The position numbers were made by a program, and so were the translations under genes. This document shows positions 54,573-64,000 of a DNA stretch of 64,000 nt, piece after piece. Position 1 is the first letter of the stretch, and every line of letters begins with the position of its first letter. The stretch is from Octopus vulgaris. Taxonomy: Eukaryota. The notes below the pieces were generated by a model. The model did no database searches. It saw only the letters and a program-made list of their open reading frames with translations, and was not told the DNA's origin. The stretch covers positions 47,058,001 to 47,122,000 of the forward strand of contig OX597819.1 of NCBI GenBank assembly GCA_951406725.2, given 5' to 3'.

Positions 54573-54975
54573 GGCGGCGAGATGGCAGAAATGTTAGCAC
54601 ACCGGGCGAGATGCTTAGCAGTATTTCTTCTGCCGTTACGTTCTGAGTTCAAATTCCGCCGAGGTCGACTTTGCTTTTCTTCCTTTCGGGGTCGATTAAA
54701 TAAGTACCAGTTACGCACTGGGGTCGATATAATCGACTTAATCTGTTTGTCTGTCCTTGTTTGTTCCTTCTGTGTTTAGCTCCTTGTGTGTAGTAAAGAA
54801 ATAGGTATTTCGCCTGTCTTTATGTTCTGAGTTCAAATTCTGCCGAGGTCGACTTTGCCTTTCATCCTTTCGAAGTCGATAAATTAAGTACCAGTTGCAT
54901 ATTGCGGTCGATCTAATTAACTGGCCCTCTCCTCCAAAAAATTTCAGGACTTGTACCTATAGTAGAAAAGTATAT
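54573..54975 (+). mobile_element. Dimeric SINE family A
   Basis: Colinear with 53806-54205. Confidence 0.9.
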
Positions 54976-55149
54976 TGTGACAGTTACAGAATGTAGAAAG
55001 AAATGTAAAACCGATAACTATATAACCCAACCAAAATATCTCATTTACGCAAACGTAAACAGAATTAATACTTAGCCTTAAAATACATCGTACAGATTCA
55101 GAGAACCCTCTAGACTTAGTGGTACGGAACGTTTTTCTCGTATTCTTTT

Positions 55150-55350
55150 AATCTTTTACTTGTATCAATCATTTGACGGTGGCCATGCTGGAGCTACAAA
55201 CTTTAGTCAAAGAAAATGACACCTGGACTTATTTCCTGTAAGCCTGATGCTTATTTTGTCAGTCTTTTCTACTGAACAGCTAAGTTACAGGGACGCAAAC
55301 ACACCAACATCGGTTGTCAAGCAATGGTGGTGATGGGACAAACACAGACA
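55150..55350 (-). mobile_element. SINE family B 3' half
   Basis: GGCCATGCTGGAGC...ACACCAACATCGGTTGTCAAGC. Confidence 0.8.
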
Positions 55351-55360
55351 CATTCATATG

Positions 55361-55416
<56 letters not shown>

Positions 55417-55873
55417 TTTGTTTACTTATACACATTAACAAATAGATCAATTGCACAACTCTGTGTGGTTGTTCAATTTGCTAGAAATAACAACCAAATC
55501 TCTCTCATACTATGTTCTTGTTAGTATTAAGGAAAGGGAACCAAGAGAATTTATATTTTTACTTTTGTTCGGTTGTATGAATTTAATTTTTTTTTAATGC
55601 TTTCATCTATTACTTGATACAGGAAAAAAGAAATTGGAAAAATCCTGACCAAAACAGAGAAATTATAACCTAACAAAAATGTAGAAAGAGAAAGAAAAGG
55701 TTGTATTCGAAAGGCAAAAGATGTTTATTGACTGAGGTGTAATTTTATAATTCAAAATTCAAATTCAAAATTTTATAATTCAAGACAAATTCAAAATTTA
55801 AATTCCGGAACATAAGACTTAACATGTTATCTGGTGTATGGCCAAATTCAAATGGGTAGAAGGCCTAAAACAA

Positions 55874-55956
<83 letters not shown>

Positions 55957-56090
55957 GTAGGAACACTAAAAATAAAGGACTAATTTAAGATAATAATAAG
56001 ATCAAAGTAATATCTGAAATGAAGCATGCATAAAAGGAAAGATGTTTCCTACCTACCTACACACACACTGGCAATCATAAACAAGCATGT

Positions 56091-56141
<51 letters not shown>

Positions 56142-56238
56142 TACACGGGCGCACATGCACGCACACACTCATACATGCATATATACACACATATATATGT
56201 TCATGTGTGCAAGAGAAGAAAGAGTAGTAGTGGTGGTG

Positions 56239-56298
<60 letters not shown>

Positions 56299-56639
56299 TT
56301 GGCAGCAGCAGCAGCAGCATGAGGGGAGAGCAGGAAAAATAGAGGAGCGCGGAAGTTGGACGACGATGACAACAATGTGATTGTCGAGGAAGAAAAGGTT
56401 AAAAAAGGGTGGAGTAAATTGCAATTTCGGGATGCAAATGAACGGATGAGGTTTGCTCGCGAGTTGTTGGTTTTTCAGGAGCCGCGTGTATAGAGGTGTC
56501 ACAGAGAGCGTCCTTATTAGCGACGGCGGGAGCAGGATGCAGGTGGAAGCTGGGAGAATAGAACAACTGCTTCGATGTCGGGAGAGGGCAGTGGTAACAG
56601 TTGTGCGATGGGGCCGACAGTGACGTTAGTTGGTAGTGA

Positions 56640-56643
56640 TGAT

Positions 56644-56693
<50 letters not shown>

Positions 56694-57752
56694 TGGTGGT
56701 GGTGGTGGTGGTGGTGGTGGTAGCGTTTGCTGTGTGGTAATGATAATGGTGGAATACAAGACTGTTGTGAAAGAGGATTGCGGTGGGAGTGCTGGCCATG
56801 TGCAAGAAAGCGTGGTGGTGGTGGTGGTGGCGGCGGTGGTGATGCTCATTGTTGTGGGGGGGGCATAACATTGACGATGGTGGTGATGCCATTAATACAA
56901 ATCAATGTGTTGTTGTGGTTGTTTAACCCCAGGTTGATCCTGTTTAAGCAGATCTGTGATCAAATGCAATTCTGCAATGTTCTTCCTGTCTTGGATTACC
57001 TTAGCCAATGTGTACTACCTCTTCTTTTTTTTTTTTTAAACAGGGTACTTTGGTTCCTATTTCTAGCTGGTCGAGGGACTACATTGAAAGCTCTTTTATT
57101 GGTAATGGTATGAATGAAAATAGTAATGTTAATGACGAGCGTAAGCGTGGTGATCTTTGTTGTTGTGGTGGTGGTGGTGATGCTGCTGCTGGTGTTGGTG
57201 CTGGTGGTGGAGGTGGTGATCGTCGTTGTCGTGACGGCGGCGGCGGTGGGAGGAGGAGTGCCGTGGTGGTTTTTGGTGGTGGTGGTGGTGACGACAGTTC
57301 TGATGATGGCGATGGTCTACTTACGGTAATAATAGTGGTTGTGAAGATGTTGGTAACGGTTGAGGTGGAGAGCGGTGTGATTATGGAGATAATGGTGATG
57401 ATGATGTCAGTGGTGGTGGTGGTGGTAGTGGTGGTTATGGTGATAGTGGTGGAGATGAGGGAGAAGAGCTGTTGATGTTCAGAAGGAAAAATGATGTTGA
57501 TAATAGGGGTAATAGTAGTAGTAGAGCTACTGGTGGTGGTGGCGGTGATGGTGGCGGCAGCAGCGTAGATTGCAGTAGTAGAGATAATAGTGGTGGTCAT
57601 TATTACAGTGATGATGCTAATGCTGATGATGGTGACCATGAGGGCCATGATGATGATGACGATGATGGTGGGGGCAGCGGCATTAATTGCAATTATAGTG
57701 ATGATAATGGTGGTGGTCATGAATATAGGGATAACGTTGACGATGGTGATGG

Positions 57753-57806
<54 letters not shown>

Positions 57807-58110
57807 CGACCACGACGAAGACAAAGACGATGATGACGATGCTGGAGATGTTGCCAACAACGACGAGGACGGTGGTGGTGGTGGTGGTGGTGGTGGTGGT
57901 GGTGGTGGTGGTAGTGGTAGTGGTAGTGGTAGTGGTGGGAGGGATGCTGGAGTTGGCGGCAGTTAGACGTCAGTGGTGATGGAGAGAAGAATGAGTGGTG
58001 TGGTGGTGTTAATGATGTTCACAGTGTGTGTCCATTGTGATGACAGTGATAATGGTGATGGTGGGGGGTATCGGCGGCGGCAATGGTGGTGGTGGTGGCA
58101 GTGATGGCGG
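56640..58110. repeat. (GGT)n/(GGC)n/(GAT)n low-complexity region
   Basis: Read directly. Confidence 0.9.
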
Positions 58111-58605
58111 CGGTACAGAAGAAGACGGGCGGTAATTGAGAGGAAATCTGCCTGAAAGAGAAATACTTAAGTGTTAGTGATTTTAATTAGATCGTAATAC
58201 ATGTGTCTGTTCATTTACTTTACTTTTTCACACTCAATGGAAGGAGGTAATGTGTGCGTGTGTCTGTGTGTCTTTGCGCGCGCCCATGTTTATATATGTA
58301 TGCATGTGCGTGTGCGCGCACGTGTGTGTGTGTGTGTGTGTATGTGTGTGTGAGAGAGAGAGAGTTGTCTTATTGTATCTGTTTGCATGTGAGACGGGGG
58401 CGGGAGGGGAAACAGCTGATGGACACAGAGACAGAAAGTCACGAATAAGAAGGATAAAGAGTGACAGAGATAGAGACACAGAGACCGACAGACAGACCGA
58501 CAGACAGACAGGCAGACAGATTGAGAGTGCGTATGATTGTATGCACGCATTCATATAAACATGCGTGCGTGTGTGTGTGTGTATGTGTGTGTTTAAGTAT
58601 GTATA

Positions 58606-58814
58606 CTCTTTTACTTGTTTCAGTCAGTTGACTGCGGCCATGCTGGAGCACCGCCTTTAGTCGAGCAAATCGACCCCAGGACTTATTCTTTGGAAGCCTA
58701 GTACTTATTCTATCGGTCTCTCTTTTGCCGAACCGCTAAGTTACGAGAACGTAAACACACCAGCATCGGTTGTCAAGCGATGTTGGTGGGACAAACACAG
58801 ACACACAAACACAT

Positions 58815-58883
<69 letters not shown>

Positions 58884-59035
58884 TACGATGGGCTTCTTTC
58901 AGTTTCCGTCTACCAAATCCACTCACAAGGCTTTGGTCGGCCCGAGGCTAAAGTAGAAGACACTTGCCCAAGGTGCCACGCAGTGGGACTGAACCCGGAA
59001 CCATGTGGTTCGTAAGCAAGCTACTCCTATGCCTA
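58606..59035 (-). mobile_element. Near full-length SINE family B with internal (CA)n(TA)n
   Basis: Head, CORE-like block, microsatellite and tail all present. Confidence 0.92.
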
Positions 59036-59183
59036 TCTATAATATGTTTATATAAGTATATGCGTCCCCCTCAACACACACACATAGATAGATGAATATG
59101 TCTGACGATGCAAACAATAAAATAGAACTGTGTATCGTTGGCGATTTTCTTTCTCCGTCTTCCATTCTTTGGACTTTTTCTAT

Positions 59184-59218
59184 ATTTCTGACGAAGAGCT
59201 CCGCTCGAAACGTGAAAT
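59184..59218 (+). ncRNA. Minimal hammerhead-like motif, probably inactive
   Basis: ATTT-CTGACGA-A-GAGC(TCC)GCTC-GAAA-CGT-G-AAAT; position 17 is G. Confidence 0.55.
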
Positions 59219-59436
59219 CCTCTTTCTCTTCTTTCCTTTCCTGAGCGTCCAATAACACTGTACTTATTCCACGTCCTCGCGTTGTTGTTTTTTCTTGCTT
59301 GTTATGTTTCGGATACTGTGAAACTACATCAGTTTATATCGGTTTGGCAAGAGAGGTGAAATGGCAAAGGAGGAGTATTGGAATAAAACAGCCACATGGG
59401 CCACATAGGAAATGAGGTGGAAATACAGAGAGTGGG

Positions 59437-59938
59437 GAAGCTAGGGAGACGAGAGAAGCTAGGGAGACGAGAGAATCTGGGAAACGAGAGAATCTAGGGA
59501 GACGAAAGAAGCTAGGAAAACGAGAGAAGCTAGGGAGACGAAATAAGCTAGGAAAACGAGAGAAGCTAGGGAAACGAGAGAAGTTAGGGAAACGAGAGAC
59601 TCTAGGGAAACGAGAGAAGCTAGGGAGACGAGAGAAGCTAGGGAGACGAAAGAAGCTAGGGAAACGAGAGCAGCTAGGGAGACGAGAGAATCTAGGGAAA
59701 CGAGAGAATCTAGGGAGACGAAAGAAGCTAGAGAAACGAGAGAAGCTAGGGAGACGAAAGAAGCTAGGAAAACGAGAGAAGCTAGGGAAACGAGAGAAGT
59801 TAGGGAAACGAGAGACTCTAGGGAAACGAAAGAAGCTAGGGAGACGAAAGAAGCTAGGGAGACGAAAGAAGCTAGGGAAACGAGAGCAGCTAGGGAGACG
59901 AGAGAATCTAGGGAAACGAGAGAAGCTAGAGAAACGAG
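59437..59938. repeat. 18-bp minisatellite (GAAGCTAGGGARACGARA), about 28 copies
   Basis: Read directly. Confidence 0.95.
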
Positions 59939-60169
59939 CAGGATAAGTAAGAGGGAGCTAGAGATGGGACAGGGGAAGAAGTATAGGTGTAGCTTAGGCT
60001 AAAGGAGACGGCTATTATAAGAGCGAAGGGGTAACAAGGTCGAGATATGAAGGAAGTGCGGAGTAAATATCGAGGGTGATGGAATAGGAAAAGAACTGGT
60101 AAAATAGTACAGGGTTCAATGATCAACATTTTGATCAAACACAGATACCTGTGATAAATAGATAAATAT

Positions 60170-60347
60170 TGATTTCAAGTTTTAGCACAACGCCAGCAAT
60201 TTCGAGGGCGGTGGTAAGTCGATTACATCAACCCCAGAGCTCAACTGGTACTTGTTTGATCGACACCGAGAGGGTGAAAAGCAAAGTCGACCTTCAGAAC
60301 GCAAAGACAGACGAAACTCTGCTAACGATTCCGCCAGCTCGCCACCT
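60170..60347 (-). mobile_element. SINE family A, internally deleted
   Basis: AAGTCGATTACATC...GCAAAGTCGACC...CCGCCAGCTCGCCACC. Confidence 0.75.
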
Positions 60348-61811
60348 TAACAGATAAATAAATATTGATAAATAAGATAATAAATTAAGGGTGAGAGTTA
60401 GGGGTGACAAGTACAGAAATACTACATTAAGATTTGATCCAGATACGGTCTATAATGCAGGATGTGACCGGTCAGAACTGATCAAAGGTAGAAGTGATGA
60501 TCATTGTGGGAGGATAATAACATTATCACGCGACCACTCGATCAGGGCTGATGTGGTCTTAACAAAGCGGAGTATTCATTGCTGGAATACCATTTTTTAT
60601 TATAAGTTTCTTTGATCAAGGTGGAGTTGGAACTCAAACAAGATGGAATGGACACAGCTGGAATGTCTTCAGTCGGTGCTCACTTGGGGTTAAACAATAA
60701 CTTAAAGCATTTATTAATACCTCTGCCGCAATAAACAGAAACTTCGTACATCTGCAGATTTTCTTTGGATGACTCTGTCTTAGAAAACGTGATACGAATG
60801 TTAGGAAATAAGCTTGTTTCTGAAATTTTATCAAACCTAAAAACAAAGAAGAAAGAACAAAAAGTAATTCTACAAATCGCTTCTCAATATGAAGTGGTGT
60901 GTTTAAACATAGTTAAATGTCTCACTATGCAATAGGTTCTAAACTATAGAATTGATATACTTGAATTATACACGCTTCGTGATCAGAAAAATGAATCCTG
61001 TTTTTGATGACTAATTTTGGCCAAGAAAGGTGCAAGGAGAAAACCCTCGAAATTTCACAGGTTAACACATAAAACGAAACGAAAAGCCATAAATAAACGC
61101 ATTTCAGTCTTTATAAGTGACCTTATGTGACATGGCATGTCGTCTGAAATTTGTTGACTAAATTGCTGTTGAGCTTTGAAACAGATCGGTGTACAACAAC
61201 CAAAAAGTCACCGAGTTTAATTTCACGAAACACAAGGCAATGCAGTGAGTATTCAATTAAATTTTACTCCTCATAGATAAGATTCAGACTTATTTTAAAG
61301 CGCAGCTGCGTAAAACGGTAAACTTTTTTTCCTCGCGATAAAATTGAAAGAAATTTCTATTTTACAAAATCTTCGAGAATAAGAGAAGAATACATTTAAT
61401 ATATCACGTAAAAGATAGATAAAACTGATAAACTCCGTTTGCTTATTCCCAGCGATTGAAATAAAGTCAAAACATCAAATGATTCTGTTGTTTATCCGCT
61501 TGACTTTTCGTAATCAGCGATATCCATTAAAGAGAATGATAGTAAACCTTATTCTCTTCGTCAGATAAAAAAAGAAAGAGGAAAAGTGTAGAATACAGGG
61601 AAAATAGTCGTCACCTATATCAACAAAAGTCATTTCGTGATATCCGCACCCGCAATTTTCTGTAAGTTCGTTTACAGTGGGGAGACAAGCAGGCCGTCTT
61701 GATAGAGTGGAAATAATACAGAGGCGAGTGGTATTTGAGGGCACATTTGGTAATTTAATAAAACATCTCTAATCCAGCAAAAAGTAAAAAGTATTTTAAT
61801 AAAAATGTGTA

Positions 61812-61985
61812 CAACCGATGCTGGTGTGTTTACGTCCCCATAACTTACCGGTTCGGCAAAAGAGATCGATAGAATAAGTACTAGGCTTACAAAGAATAAG
61901 TCCTGGGGTGGATTTGCTTGACTAAAGGCGGTACTCCAGCATGGCCACAGTCAAATGACTGAAACAAGTAAAAGAGTAAAAGAGT
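61812..61985 (+). mobile_element. SINE family B 3' half
   Basis: ACAACCGATGCTGGTGTGTTTACGTCCCC...AAGTAAAAGAGTAAAAGAG. Confidence 0.9.
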
Positions 61986-62004
61986 ATATTTTATAGACAA
62001 GCTT

Positions 62005-62980
62005 TCTTATAAAATTATTTCATGGATCTGCCTTTTGCCTCGATCACTGTTTTAATGCAGGATTGGAATCGTTGATTTACCTGTACCGAATGGTTCTTAT
62101 ACATTTTGGACTTTACCTGGACAATGGAGGCCTTCAGTGAAGTTATGGTATTGTGAGAATGTCGATTAATCTCCCTTTCAACAACGCTCCAAACGTAGAA
62201 GTTCGTGCGACTAGCGTATGGCGAGTTTGAAAGTCACAAGTGTGATGTTACACAGGCATGCATCTTTGGGTTACGCAGGCTTTGTAAGAAAGTGCTGAGT
62301 CTTGTTGAAACAAGTATGGCCCTCCACTACGCACTTCATCCATCCATGGCTTAACCGTCTCGAGCACCTCAACGTTTCCATCAGCATTAATTCTAAGATC
62401 CTGCGGATCCCTCTGGGGACATCAGACGGCTCTACACGTAACAATCTGTCATTTCTCCTGTGAGTCTTTGGTCTTGATCGAATTTTATTTTCATCAGAGA
62501 AGAACCAAAACAAGCTATATCTGTGAGGGTTTTTAACCTTCTTAAGTAACCACTTGGCACCAATCCAACGGTTTTCCTATGTCTTTACAGACATGAATTG
62601 ACCTCTACTTAGTACATACTTGTGTCGAATGTCCTCATGCACCAGCTCTGGTTGTCCATTCCGATTCCTGAAGTTCTTTGGCGAAGGGTCTCACTAATTT
62701 TCAGGGATTATCATTGGCAATATATTTAACTCGTTAGATAAATTGCTGTGTCCTTATAGTGTCAATACGTTGCGATTGTTTTGTTTTGTTTTTGTTTGTT
62801 TGTTTTTTTAAGCAGTTGAAATATTCCTTCGAAAGGCTTCTAATTCCATCCACACTTTCATGTACAAAATATTTCGCACCATTTATAAAGTTTTTAATTT
62901 CTAAATCACTGTATTCTGCACACATGGCAACAATAACAATATGTCCTTTCATTTCTTGAGTCGGCATTTTATTTGTCAAA
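62005..62980 (-). mobile_element. Second decayed maT transposase copy
   Basis: WFFSDEN...HRRNDR, RPYLFQQDSALSYKA and HSHNTITSLKAS, homologous to 11880-12830. Confidence 0.8.
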
Positions 62981-63340
62981 GTACGCAACTGGTACTTAAT
63001 TTATCGACCCCGAAAGGATGAAAAGCAAAGTCGACCTCGGTGGAAGCAAGCAGGTACATATCGTACCCTGACTTTTTATTATATATATATATAATACACA
63101 AGACAGAAAACTTGTCTTTAGATCGTATTTCTGTCACCTCAGATTCCTCTCTTTAGCATCCTTCATCTTTTTTTCTTCTATCATATACTCCACCGTAGAA
63201 ATTTTACTGCTTCTGTATTCCGGATTCTCAGATGCATAGTTATGTTTGATTACATAGGAATTTAATTACTGTGTGGCCTGATAGCCAGTCCCTCGGCTGT
63301 AATGCTTACCATTAATTTCCCATGATTCACTGAATCCAAG

Positions 63341-63973
<633 letters not shown>

Positions 63974-64000
63974 TTATTACCCTATTTATTATTACCCTAT

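Noticed and set aside
59437-59938. CRISPR-like appearance of the minisatellite
   Set aside because: Units are contiguous with no unique spacers; eukaryotic context and no cas genes.

Overview
AT-rich eukaryotic non-coding DNA saturated with microsatellites and tRNA-derived SINEs. The SINE types and microsatellite load point to an octopus or other cephalopod genome (inference). No intact host protein-coding gene is recognisable, and nearly all ORFs in the track are microsatellite translations. Transposon remnants include R4/Dong, RTE, Tx1/L1 and Penelope-like retroelements, maT (DD37D) and mariner transposons, MITEs and a Helentron-type non-autonomous element. The main finding is a pair of retrozyme-like, non-coding repeat elements whose units look unrelated in sequence. 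One is a young 616-bp array (42867-45297: 2.6 direct units plus an 807-bp inverted arm) inserted into the (TA)n tract of a SINE. The other is a 434-bp unit with 94-bp terminal redundancy and the start of an inverted arm (63446-64000). Each unit carries the same unusual type I hammerhead-ribozyme architecture: CUGAAGA core, long stem II, an extra A before GAAA, and a near-palindromic stem III with one central nucleotide. Several shorter or decayed hammerhead motifs are also present. All calls were made by eye; no alignment, folding or database search was run.
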